Source: Phoronis australis
Taxonomy: Eukaryota > Animalia > Phoronida
DNA length: 64,000 bases
Direction: 5' to 3'
Assembly: GCA_002633005.1 (NCBI GenBank)
Contig: NMRA01000887.1
Coordinates: 45,142 to 109,141, forward strand
In this document: positions 1 to 19,300 of the stretch, piece by piece
How the letters are laid out: every line of letters starts with the position of its first letter
How positions within the stretch are numbered: the stretch's first letter is position 1
Made by a program: the position numbers and the translations under genes
The notes under the pieces: generated by a model
Database searches by the model: none
Told to the model about the DNA's origin: nothing
Seen by the model: the letters and a program-made list of their open reading frames with translations, nothing else

Positions 1-3000
1 ATTCAACTATAAAACAACAGCAAAAAACACGCTGTACGGCATTTTTGGGTGTTACATCTGTCGTTCGGTAAAAATGCTGTCGGTACGTGAAATATTTCAC
101 CTTAAGTTTTGGCTTAGACCCAGATGTCCCGCTTTTTAATCCTAAGGTCCTGCTTTTTAATACGATTGTTCCGTTTTTCCTTCTTGAATGTTGACCATGA
201 CAAGTATCCAACAGGTGTTCTAAATAACATTGTTTCTTTTTTGAACGTTGTCATTTTCCAGACTTCACTTTCTTTATTAACATAATAACCGTAAACATGT
301 GTTCCAAAGTCTCTTGTATACGGTAACATATACTACATGTATCAGGATCACTAACTTTTACTTTCTGAAGACAACTTTTACGGAATGTCCTACGCTGCAA
401 CCAATGTGTGACGAGCTATCCACAGTACATTTCAAAGCTACGTGATGTTTGCCATTTTGCATATATCAGTAAACCTTTATCTGCAAATTTCGGATAGATA
501 CATGGACTACCGTTAGTTTGTCGCACTTTTCTTAACTATGATGTTGCATTCTGAATTTTCTATGAAGGATATAATTGCATCAAACGGCACCAAAGGTCCA
601 ATTAATTATAACATATAAAGATGTATGGTTTTGGATGGATGCCTGACTTAGTATCCACAGCAAGTGTGAGGGGTCCATAGTCCGACTAAAACCCTTGTCT
701 TTATAGAGTGCAAATCTTTTGAATCATAAAAATTAGTTCCCTTATGGCTTCTCTCTGGTTCTTTTACCTTCTTATATTTCTATTACACTCTTGGTTTTTT
801 TAGAATATAGAAATATTTTTAAACCAGTCAGCTATGGAAATAATGATTATTTATGGATTAAATTATTTGTTTGCTACTACATGTATTTTAATCACCAAGA
901 ACTGACAAAGGACTTTCTAATGATATACCTCTTATGCAATTCGGTTGAAAAACGGCGGATTTGCGAAAAGTTTTAATGACAGTAAATTCTATAGCAAATA
1001 CACACACCAGAACAAACGAATGCAAACAACTCTCACGAATGCGCGGCGCAACCTCAGCGACCACGTGATCGGAACTGGCATTCCAGGGCAAGGGTTTTTA
1101 TGATTAGAGCGGGCATTCCAGGGCTAGAGTTCTGTGGGCTGCGCAAGTCAACCCCAAACCTAGCAGTCGTTCTATTCTGTTGGTTTTAAAGAACCGCATA
1201 AGCCGTTTTTGCAAACCGATAGCACTGTCCCGAAAATACATAAATGCTGCACACCTGCCAGGCAGCTCTCAAAAACTTTCTTCAAGACTGGCAAGTTAAA
1301 TCAACACCACTCAGCGTCTCAATAAAAGTGAAAACCTCCATAACGACGAGGCGGCAATATCGACACGTTATGTTTTATTGACAAATTCTTAAGGGCCGCT
1401 CACGGAGAGAGGGCCCATTGTTGGAGTGGATTAAATCCATTTCCATTTTTTATGTAATCGTACAACCGGCTTTCATGTTGAGGAAGCTCACTTCTTCAGA
1501 GTCACACAACGATGGAATGAACTGTCACTCTTTCCCGAGTTTAATGATGTTTAGCCTTTTATCATATTGAGGTGTCCCATTTCAGACGGGCCCTTTCAGG
1601 GTGGGGCGGTTTGGGGAATTGTCCCTCTGTCCCTCTATACATGTGAATCGAAGCTGCCACGTATTTACGAGGGACAGCTGAAATTCCAAACTCAACAAAA
1701 ACACCAAACATTCGTGCACAGCACGGCAGTATCAAGACATTCAATCCACACAAACAAAAAATGTTAAAAAAACAATACGATTGAATGCCACGGAAAGGGT
1801 GGAATTTTGAAGAACTTGAAGGCGAGCTAAGCTGCCTCTCTCAAATGAATCATAGCTGAGCGGATCGGCGACTAGCCCAATTCATCGCAACTCGTATTTT
1901 CACGCAGTTAGATCTCAGCTGCCGTTACCTGATGCAGCTCCCAGCTACCGTCAGTGGGCTGCATGGCCCTACGCTCATTCTTACTCTCAATGAAACTTTG
2001 GCGGTTCACGGATACTGGGTTCGGTGCAAATATGGCGGTATCCGGNNNNNNNNGATAGGAATGAGGGTAGTGTGGCAAAGAAGAATTGGTTTGTGCCACA
2101 AAATAATTTTTGTCTTCCTACGGGGCTGAACAGGCTTCCGAAACCATAAAAATCCACGACAGATTGGCATTAGGCCTACGTGTATGTTTAAATCCAACAT
2201 AAATTTCTATATAATAATAAATATCACCTTTACAAAATATATGCTTTAGAGAACTAGACTATGTTATTCCGGATATTTGGCTAAATGCATAAATTTGTTG
2301 CTGATGCTACTCACGGTTTTAATACTTTGTCTTTGGACTGAAATTATACAAATTGTAAACAAACATGAAGAGATAAGGTCTCTGTTGCCCCAGGTCAGTT
2401 GCAAACCACTGGTTCTAAGCAATATCAAAACAAGACTGTCAGGACTGACCAAAAATTGACTTGCTAGCCCGTCTACATGTAGACCTTCAAGTCGACTTTT
2501 ATAAAGCTGAACACGTAGGCTACTGTGAAATACCTTGTTATCAGTCTTCAAATGATCTTGGCAGATTTCACGACGACTGAAGCAAAAAATGTTTAAAAGA
2601 GCAGGTAAGCTTATCTTATCAGTCACCTTCAGCCATGGCACACAACTAATCTGCGCCTACGAATTGGCACTGCGCAACAATGTCAAGGTATCAGGCACTG
2701 ACCGCGATAAGCGGCTATGAAACTCGCCACGACTCTTTCTGTAACTCTAATCTGCCCTCGATTGAAAACTCAAGCATGTCGAAACATGAGCACGTGCACG
2801 TGCGCTGAAATGACTTTAATATTTCGCCAGTTCTAATATCACTGGGTGGGGAGATGTATTGTTGGCTTAGGCCTGCAGCCTTTTTATTTGTCACATGTTG
2901 AGCAGTACGGGACTCGTAATAGGCCGAGGGCCGTAACTCCAGTCAGTTCATCCTGTGATCATTTCACGGGGGGAGAGGCAACTTCGTTTTTCCTGCTTCT

Positions 3001-3858
3001 TAGCTTGATGCATCTTTAAACATTTGATATTGCAAAATTCCCGGCATTCGAAGGTTATTTTGTAAAACGTTAGATTTTTATACTCTCCTACTTAGTGAGT
3101 AAGAGGTGACACTTCATTATGCATCTTTAGCCAATTACCGTAGTCTAGAAATTGAGACAGGTACAGAACTTATAATTCACTGTAGGTGCCACTACATATC
3201 TTGTTGTGACTTAACCACGTGTCAGGGCCGTAGGAATCGGGGAGACGGGGGAGGGGGCGCTCACGTGCCCCCTGCCCCAAACAATTGCAAGCTTCAGGAT
3301 GGCAACCGACAAAGGCCTACATGTAGGCGTGGTGCCGGGGCGGTCGAGAAAGGAAAGACCGCGAAACACGGAGATGAGAGAATATGCAGTACCAGTGAAA
3401 GGTTTACCCTTTGAGGGCCCTGGCCAGGATATTTTTGTTACAAATGCACCTTGGTTGTTTTGGGACACATTCTATCACTTTCCCCATCACGCCAGAAACT
3501 GGACTACTGGTGGTGTTTCAACAAGGGATTTTGAAACAGCCCCAAAGACCGCGGGACATCACCTTTTAAAAAAATTCCTTCAAAGAATGACCATAATAAA
3601 GTAAATTTTCACAAAACTGTATCTGAACAAATCTTGACCAGTGCAGACGGATAGGCACGAGCTAAGTTGCCTGTCTCAAGTGAATCATAGCTGAGCTGAC
3701 CAGTGACTAGCCTAGTTCATAGAATTTCGTATTTTCACGCTGTTAGATCTCTGCTGGGGGGCGGAGGTGGTGGCGATAAAAAGGGGGTAGTTTGCGGCGA
3801 AGTCGAATTGGTTTGTGCCCCCCCCCCAATAATTTTTGCCCTTCCTACGGGCCTGGTG

Positions 3859-3988
3859 CAGTGGCGGATTTAGAGGGGGCCAAGGGTGCCATTTTGGCAA
3901 TTGGGAGGTGCGAATGTCTGACGAGCAAAATCCTGGCTAACACTCTGCCTGCCCCCCCCGCCAACTTAAAATCCTGGATCCGCCCCTG
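3859..3988. mobile_element. MITE, CAG(T/G)GGCGGAT terminal-inverted-repeat family, 5-bp TSD
   Basis: Termini CAGTGGCGGATTTAG ... CTGGATCCGCCCCTG. Flanking direct repeat TGGTG at 3854-3858 and 3989-3993. Related copies at ~21368, 32454, ~42027 and ~55341. Confidence 0.75.
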
Positions 3989-4038
3989 TGGTGTTCATTA
4001 AGACTTCATTGTCGCAAGAAGTATCGGGTTACAGGGAT

Positions 4039-4420
4039 TTACCGTAAAAAAGCCCATGAGTGTGTATTGGGAAAATGAACGTTTTAGTAAAACCAAATAG
4101 ACGTCCGGGCGTTTATTACGAAAAGGGGCGCGCGTTAACGGAAAGTCGGTTTAGCTACGCAAATGCCAACTGTGTTTGTAAATTTTATGTTAATAAATGC
4201 ATAGTTCGCCCACACTTCGTTCGTTTTCATGAACGATAAATGCTCCAAAACACTGAATTTGTCACTTAAAAGTTGACGTGTGCTTTCAGGAGGAAATTTT
4301 CCGAATAAACACCCCACGCCAAAAGTTGTAACACCAAATAAACGCCCATGGGCGTTTGTTTGGCATAATTTTCCAAATAAACGTACGTGGGCGTTTCATC
4401 GGGTGGGCTTATCTACGGAA
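4039..4420. mobile_element. Degenerate Tc1/pogo-like MITE
   Basis: TACCGTA.../...TACGG-type ends and internal palindromic AATAAACGCCCATGGGCGTTT repeats, typical of TA-target MITEs. Confidence 0.4.
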
Positions 4421-4470
4421 AATCCCCGTAGCAACGTTAGGGTAATCCATCGCTATCATCACTTTAAAGT

Positions 4471-4640
4471 TTATTTTTCAAACTCAACTGCTCCAAGTGT
4501 TATACTATACATACTCGACCCGCTGTAACCCTCAAATCCCCATTGGATTTTAACCATGTCTATCATTTGTGATATAAAGTGTGTATCCCGCAAACAATAG
4601 ATGGTATAATTTTTATTTCTTAGGTAATCAAAAATATTGG
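4471..4640 (-). mobile_element. L1/Tx1-like LINE ORF2 endonuclease fragment
   Basis: Translation IFDYLRNKNYTIYCLRDTHF...WGFEGY resembles the APE N-terminal 'DIxCLQETH...WG' motif. Confidence 0.55.
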
Positions 4641-5035
4641 CAGAGATTATTATAAAAGTGGGAGGGAAAAGGGGATTTTCATACACTCATTCACACTAAC
4701 ATTCGCTTGGTTTAATTAACTAAATTTATGTTTACATTTGCATAGGCGTGTGTTTATGAAAAACTAGTTATAAAAGTAACACTATATATTGTTTGAATTA
4801 TTTTAAAGAGATGCCTGCATAAACCTCCGCTGTTCTTAAATTTTATCCGAGGTGTTAAATACAATAAGGTTCACTGCGTCAAAAAGTATAAATTAAAAAT
4901 TGAACTTATTAAAACAAGATTGAGACCCATCTCTAGATTTTTGTATATATATAATGTTGAGCATGAGTGTATGTGGTATGAAAGATTTCACTGAGATTGC
5001 CAAAGTAGCAAACTAAGAAGTGGTACATAGATGGA

Positions 5036-5330
5036 TCAGTGTAGTAAGTTAAAAACTTTGCTTATAAAATGATGTAAAGAATTCCAGAAGCGTTTAACAC
5101 AGAAGCAGCTGTAAAACATATGCTCAAACGTCTGGACCACGCCACAGTAAGGACATTGGTCAGTTTGTGAACTAGCAAATATTTTTAACATCTTGTTTGT
5201 ATAAATTCTTTTGTCAATGAAAAAGTATTTAAACATTGCCAAATGAGGGTTTATGGGTAGATTGAAAAGGAGATTGTATGTTTCTTCAATTTCGTCGTTT
5301 GTTTAATAATTGAGTAAACACGCGTAGTTA
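5036..5330 (-). mobile_element. L1/Tx1-like LINE ORF2 C-terminal zinc-knuckle fragment
   Basis: KRIYTNKMLK...CPYCGVVQTFEHMFYSCFCVKRFW is the zf-RVT-type CCHC motif. Confidence 0.65.
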
Positions 5331-5419
5331 TCAGGTTTTACAGAAAACTTGTAAATAAATACGTTTTAAATCCATGAATTGAAACTATTGATTAATAAAA
5401 ATCTAATGTGGTTTTGTCC

Positions 5420-7180
5420 AACACGTCGCAGATGCCTTGACTCCACTCTGTGAACTGCCTAGCGGTAAAGGTCAAGCTATTGACTGGTCAGCTGACTGCC
5501 AAACTGTTTTTGAAAAGGCCAAAGACGCCCTTGAAGAAGCTGTGCTTTTGCGTCACCCTCATTCTACCTCCCCAACAAGCGTTAGGTCGATACGTCTAAC
5601 AAGGCCATCGGTGCTCAACTGGCGCGACTTCAGGACGGTGCTTTGGTTCCTCTTGCTTTCTTCTCACGCAAACTTTCAGAAACAGAGCAGAAGTACAGCG
5701 CTTTAGACCGTGAGCTCCTGGCAGTCTATAACGCAGTTAAGCACTACATTTTCTAGAGGGCCGACCTTTCGCATTATACACTGATCACAAGCCCTTAGTG
5801 TCGGCATTGAACAGCGGCAGTGAGCGTTCCTACGTCAGGCACGGCACCTCGCTTTTATAACCGAGTTCACTACGGACATCCGATACCTTTAGAGGCAAGT
5901 TTAACGTGGTGGCTGACGCACTATTCGTTTTGACATCAACGGCATATCTAATGACCCTCGCATCTTTTCTGTTCGTGACTTCAGCGAACTGGCTCATGAC
6001 CAAGAAATGGCAGAGTATCGTACCGCTGCAACAGGCCTTGATCTGCAAGATATTCCATTTGGAACCTCGAACCTGCTTTGTGATACCTGCACTGGCACAC
6101 ACCGACCCGTGTTGCCCTCCACTTGGGTCCGTGCTGTTATTGATCGTATTCATGGTTTGTCTCACGCTGGTGCTCGCCCTACTCAGCCGGCAATCACTCA
6201 GCGTTATGTCTGGGGTGGTATGAAACGTAATACAAGGCGGTGGTGCAAAGAGTGTCATGCTTGTCAAGCTTTGAAGATGCATCGACACACGCATGTACCT
6301 TTGGTAGAACGCCCCGCTCCAGCCGCCAGCCGTTTCGCAGTTTCCACGTGGATCTTGTTGGCCCACTATACCAGCGGGCCAAGGCATGACCTATCTCTTC
6401 ACGTTCATTGACTGTTTCACCCGAGGCCATACCTCTTCCTGACGCCCAAGCTTCGTCCTGTGTGGCTGCTCTTGTCCATCATTGGATTTCCCGCTTTGGT
6501 GTGCCTGTGGACATCACGTCTGATCGCGGTGCTCAATGCAACAAGCTTTTGGGTACCACGATTCACATCAAAACTGCATACCACTCGCAGATGATAGAAC
6601 GCTTTCACCGTGCCCTAAAGGCATCTCTCAAGGCGCGCGCTACCACTGATTTGCAGAACTCCCACTGGTCTTGTTGGGGATACGTATGTCCTGGCAGGTG
6701 GATCGAGGCTGTTCTCCCGCTGAGCTTGTTTATGGGTCACCTCTTCACTTACCGGGCGAGTTTAATTTCTTCAGCCGTTCGACGCTCGTACGATGGAGCC
6801 GTACTCTATTTTCCTAAAGCATTTGCAACACACCCAACATGTACCGTGCAGCCTACACCACCTAGTTTCCATGGCGGTCGACCCAGCTGTGTACCCTTCA
6901 ACAAGGCATCTACTGGGTATGTGTATGTGCGCCACGATGCTTACCGTCATCCGCCCCAGCACCCCTACAGTGGCCCATATCGCATAAGTTCTATACGCTT
7001 GACATGAAAGGTTGCGAGCAGACGGTATCTGTTGATTGTCTCAAAGCCATCCAGTTCATGACTTCGGATGACACCTTCACATCGTGTCCCCGCGATGCCA
7101 CTACGCCATTAGTGCTACCCTGGACGTCTGTTGCTGAAGATCAACCTTTTACTGTTACTCGTTATGGTCGCGCTTGGTAG
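5420..7180 (+). mobile_element. Degenerate Ty3/Gypsy LTR retrotransposon pol (RT thumb, RNase H, integrase)
   Basis: Frameshifted segments: WSADCQTVFEKAK; FFSRKLSETEQKYSALDRELLA; YTDHKPL; NVVADAL; HGLSHAG...WCKECHACQ (integrase zinc finger); WISRFGVPVDITSDRGAQ; ERFHRALKASL; PYSGPY. Confidence 0.9.
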
Positions 7181-7231
7181 TGCGTTTTCGTTGATTCTCC
7201 ACCCACTTCGGATTCAACATTGTCCTCCGCT

Positions 7232-7386
7232 AGGAAGGGGGACTTTGTTGTCACCTACACTGTATCAGTTATAACGATGAGTTTAGTCACTGCAGTTTAG
7301 TCTCGTTTTCAGTTATTCCAAGTGTCTGCGTCAATATAGTAATTTATTCACTTACAATTGCGTATTTTTCTGTGCTCTACACCATC
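7232..7386 (+). repeat. Polypurine tract and putative 3' LTR of the Gypsy element
   Basis: AGGAAGGGGGAC followed by a TGTTG...CA-bounded segment that ends where homology to the duplicated gene block begins (~7387). Confidence 0.5.
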
Positions 7387-7452
7387 AATTAGTTATATTT
7401 CTATTAACTTTCAGTAAAATAATGGTCAAACAGCAATCAGCTAAGTCTGAAT

Positions 7453-14221
<6,769 letters not shown>

Positions 14222-14448
14222 CTGCAAGATAATAAGTTTCTCTGTCTATCATTTTTCAGACTGAAAGCTGCACCGATAATTTTCCAAATGACTAAATCTG
14301 CACGGGCACAGATAACGTTTACAACCGAGAGGAAATTGGAGGGTATGAAAAAACTCAGACGTGTTCTTGATAATATGTAGAATGCAAACGTTTCCGACAT
14401 ATGAACATAGTTTCAAGAGATTTTTGTTTTGCCTAATTGTAATAAATC

Positions 14449-16348
14449 CAAAGACGTTAACAAGACTATTTACCAAGGCCGCCGCCATTATTATGTCATG
14501 GACCGTGGCGACACCTAGCGGGTGTGTGTGGGCCGACGAAGTACGCAAGGCATTGACTATGGCCGATCTTAGTTTTTCAAATTCAAAATTGTCAGTGAAG
14601 TGTCTTTGTTTAAAATATTGAAAACAAAAAAACACGAGCACTGTAATGGAAAATACACATAGTCAAAATATAGAGTAAATCAAGAAAAAATTGGGCAGCA
14701 TAGGTAATATAAACTACGAGAAATACATCATAAGCAAGAGGGATACTCAGTAATAAGAGCTGAGCAGATGAAAGTAGGTTATTGAAGAATGGGCAGGTAC
14801 TGAACTTGAATGATTTTGTCTAGGGGGGTCAGGAATGTAATAAACATCAAATGGATCTGCTGAAGAAGAGATAGGAGCAAAAAAGGGGGTGCTCCTCAAC
14901 CAAAATGTTGGGGACGGAGATAGCTTTCTTCCCCGAATATTCCAGGTGTTAATATCAATTAATTAACAATTAATTATGTAAGCTTTTAACGCACAAACTT
15001 TGTTTTAAAATAAAATTGAAAAATCAGTAGACTCTCCTCCACCCAACCATCAAATGTTTCCTACGCCAATGTTCAAAAACTGCCCTCTTACGCCATCCAA
15101 ACACGGGTCCAGATCTTTCTTTCGAAAATTCACATCTTAAAGATGTTCTAGATTCAAGCAGTTGTGTTTGTGCCCATTTACATGAAACTGTCTCAAATAT
15201 CGACCCAACAGGGTCTATCCGGGATTTTTTAAAGGAGGGGGTCGGATACTGATTTTTTAAGAAAGGTGGCCCAAGTCAACAATTTGAAAATTCTGGCATT
15301 GATATCACTACAATCAAGTAACATGGGGGTCCAGACCCCTTTGATTCCCACCCTGGATCCGCCTGTACTCAACTGAGTTGGTAAATCTTTTAGGTATTTT
15401 TTTTTGTTCTTTGCTCACAGTTTTTTTTTTTCTATCATTTTATCTTTATTATGAGCTCCTCTTTGGACTTATGACGTTTTATAATAATATAACTAAAAAC
15501 TGAGCTCTTAATTCAATCAAAACATTTAACAGCATTTCTCCTTAGCTGGTCCTCACATTTCCTGTTCATCACCTATCTCTTGAATCTGCATGTATAAAGA
15601 CTGAAGTGAATTGTAGAAATGAAAGGCAAATCACAATTTAGATCCAATCATAGAATAGAAACACCAGTTATCAGTTGGTCCTAAGTCATGAAACACATGC
15701 AGGACAATTTTGGTTATAGTTTGATAGGTGGGTTCCTGACTCAAAATTCATTCTAGAACCAGTTACTACCACTGAATAACGGGCGTAATTCATTGGGAGT
15801 AACTGGTTCTAAAATCAAGTATCCATCATCAAGGCCATGTATCGGATTACCACAATTTTGCTTTTGAGTAATCAAATAAATTCTTGAAACTAAAAGGTAA
15901 GACAAGTTCAAATCACTCTGCCAACATCAAAGGGTGACTGGCAGCATATTCACAAAAATAATTCTTTGTATCACTCGTCGTATATCTCACCTGTTTTTAT
16001 CAGCGGGGAAGCGAAAGAAGTACAAGTCCCGATTTTTCAACTGACTGTTGCTGCAGCACAAAAAGCTCCTCTGATCCTCTTTTTAGGGACTGCAGACGCC
16101 ATGTCTTGTTTTGAAGTTACATGACGCAGCACTAGTCTCAGAAGCATTAACTATGGGAAATCTATGTGAACTACATAATCAGATAAAATACCTTGTCTCT
16201 GTGACCACTGACCACGAGTATCAGCCATATTCCTTTTTTCGCACACAAACCCGCTAGACGTCTCTACGGTCCATGAAACAACAATGGCCGCCAGTGGCCG
16301 TCCAATAGGATTTCGCTAGGTGAAACGTCTCTCTCTCTACGGTTTCTG
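14449..16348 (-). mobile_element. Non-autonomous P-element/THAP-type DNA transposon with 7-bp TSD
   Basis: Absent from copy B (empty site near 57300). TSD ATAAATC at 14442-14448 and 16349-16355. CA...TG ends and a ~50-bp subterminal inverted repeat (GCCATT..TCATGGACCGT..CTAGCGGG). Frameshifted THAP exon 16102-15991 (MASAVPKKRIRGAFCA/CSNSQLKNRDLYFFRFPADKNR, then a GTGAG donor). Confidence 0.8.
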
Positions 16349-19300
16349 ATAAATCTAGTTATAATGATTAACCTCTAGTCATTGATGCTGATATTTTAGC
16401 AACAAGTCCGAACATCCTATTCAAGAGGTAATTGTTTTAAACGGCGGTGAATCATCCACCTGCCTCGGCCTCTTAAAAAATACATTACAGCCACAATAAA
16501 ATAATAGAACGTGAGACCTTTAATCTACAATCAACAATACTTACTTGCTGCCACATCCGGGGTACTGTAAGTTACATAATATTCGGAATCCCCAAGCGGG
16601 AGAGGAACAGCGGCTACGTTCTCGCCAACAGGATCTTGCGGTAACTGTGAGGCGACTTGATAGGAAGCTGAAAGCAGAACAGAGAGATTGACATTGCCGC
16701 TACCTGCCAATTCACTATCAAGAAATCTGCTACTTGATCGATCAACTTCACTTTCAAGTATCCAACGTATTCGTCCATTTTCAAACGGAAGACGCTGTAA
16801 GTTAGGAGTCCGAACTCGAAGGTTTTTACTCTAGCTGTCTCGAATCGAGCAAAATAATTAGTCTAAGTCATAAAGTATTCCAGCAAAGAAAACACTTACT
16901 TTGACTTCACATTAAAGTAGAACGGAAATGCCAAGAATAATTTCTAGTTCGAGTACAAGGGTTAGACCATGGGCCCAAATTTTCACGCGGTTGTGCGGTT
17001 CCAAGGTGGTTCTGCTAAATCTTTTTTTTATCCGCTACACGGTATATGTTTCGTGCTTGACGTTCCCAGACAATGAAGATTAGGTTATTTGCTAGATATA
17101 TGTGAAATAGTGTAAAAACGGCCAGTTTTGGTGAATAAGGTTTGAGATATCCTTAATGTAAGAAACTTTGTTGAAAATTGGCCATACCTTTTTGAGCACC
17201 GTGTCGGTTTTAGTTCTTGTTTTGACAAACATTTTTCAGGTCCTTTAGACCGACAAAGAAGAATTCGTTGGCAACTGAGAATATATTAAATAGCTTTTAC
17301 TTACTGACCGAAGAGTTTTCCGTAGAACTAGTTGATTGCGTACAAAAATGAGGGATAGCTTTATATTCGACCACGTGAACAGGCGATTGCTAAGCGAACT
17401 CGATTCTTTACCGGCGTGCTATATATTAGAAAATATTGGTAGAAAATTTACGGTTTTCGTTCCCTCGACGTGGTGCGATCTTTTGCGTCGGAGCCATGAA
17501 TTATTGCGTCACCTATTGGCCAGTTTATTTTCCCCAATTCTTCAATAAACTGTACTTCTACCACGAGGCTGTGTACATGTCATAACAAATTAATCAACAA
17601 TGGTACTCAAAAGTCTAAATAATATTTTTACTTTTCATTGGTGAAATTATTCTTGCAGAAACCATCTGAAATTAATTACAAGTCATCGAGATAACAACGG
17701 GTTGAGATTACAGATCATGTTGAAATTCTCCCACAGGCCAGTTGCACGAGTTTTACCGATGAAAATCAAATAACAAAATCAATTCCATATAAGTTAAGTT
17801 TTATTATTGACCATTTTAACAAACAATTGCAGAAAACAACTGGAAAGTATTTGAAGATGCTTTTATTCAAAGCTTGAAACTACTGCCACGACGATCCCCC
17901 AAAATTTGAAAAATTTCCAGGTTTCCAGTCCAATCCCCGAGATTTCTGTTTTTAAGCGTCGGGGTTCGTGTCTTTCAGGTTAGTTAGCTGTTTTGAATGT
18001 GTGGGAGTCTGTTTTCGACTACGGGATATCTGTTTTACATCGGGGTACATGTTTAGATGGAATGGAACACCCAGAGTATAGGCCTACTAGGCAAAAACTA
18101 ACAATTTCTTCAAAGAATGCTTCTATAAAGGTAGAATAACATAGTATAAAATAAAGTACTCACTTCCTGGAGGATTCCTATAAAACAGCTAAATTTTTCC
18201 ATACTTTTAAAAACTGAACTGCTGCTGTGTCCGCCATCTTGAACTTGACAACACCCACCAAAACACCAAAAGGTGCGGTGCACCTGTGCCAAAATGTACT
18301 ATTAATTGATGAGAGCAACCCCCGTCTGATCTTAAGTGGTTGTCCAAACTCAACCCCCTTCCATAACAGTCGGAATTGTTTCAACACTGACTGAGCCCAC
18401 TCAAAATTTAGAAAAGAACTTAATTCGTGAAACTTTAAAGTCATTTGTTATAATCAACAAAAATAACTCTTCTTTTTACTTACAACAAAGGGTGGAAAGT
18501 TTAGCATATAGCATATAGCACATTAAATTTGACTTACGGAATAACCATTTGCATGGCCAAACAATGTTCTGAACAATTGTTATTGAGAATTCCGTCAAAT
18601 GAATACCAAAATCCCTTCAAAACTTTTACAGAACAAACGTTTGCAAAGCAAGTCATTTTGATGCTCTGTCGGTCGTCTTGGTAGCTAATTTGTTCCAGGC
18701 CAGTTATATTGACAATTAGATTTATCCTAGGTCCGGGTTCAGAAAGGCCACAGCTTTATGGTCCACAAACATCAACAACCGGACCACATGTTTTCATTGA
18801 AAAGTTACGTTTGAAGTAAATTTCAAAGAAACTTAGCCCACGCCTCGATGTTTTCAAGGTACATTTAGCAATCAATGTGATAAATATTGCAGGTCCCCGG
18901 GATAGTGCGACTAATTCAAAGAATGTTTCGACACAAATTAACTTCAATAAGGAAAAAACATTATTGCGATCCTGTTTGCGTTTCTTTAGAATCGATGCGG
19001 TTTTTTAGTTGCACACTTTTAACAAGTCACGTAATCTGAACTGAAGTGGCTCCAGCCGTCCAGTGACGCACGTATATTTCCCCAAAACGTTGCGGGAAAT
19101 TGAAACATTTAACTTGTGCATGAGGTGTTATCAAAAAGTAGATGATTTCATGGGAAATTTTAAAGTAGTATAAAACGAAAACAGAACGAAGATTTACAAC
19201 ACTGTAAATCAATTTTGAGAATTCACCTTGAACGTTATTCTCAAACAAAATTTGTTCACGTTGCTGACACCGTTGCTTTGGTACACATGTACAATGTAGC

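Noticed and set aside
2264-2641. 125-aa minus-strand ORF, and the 117-aa ORF at 51314-51667
   Set aside because: No recognisable motif or supporting splice structure.
16545-16778. Fibronectin type III domain call for the relic exons
   Set aside because: The reading frame of the 5' half differs between paralogues and the similarity rests on a few residues.
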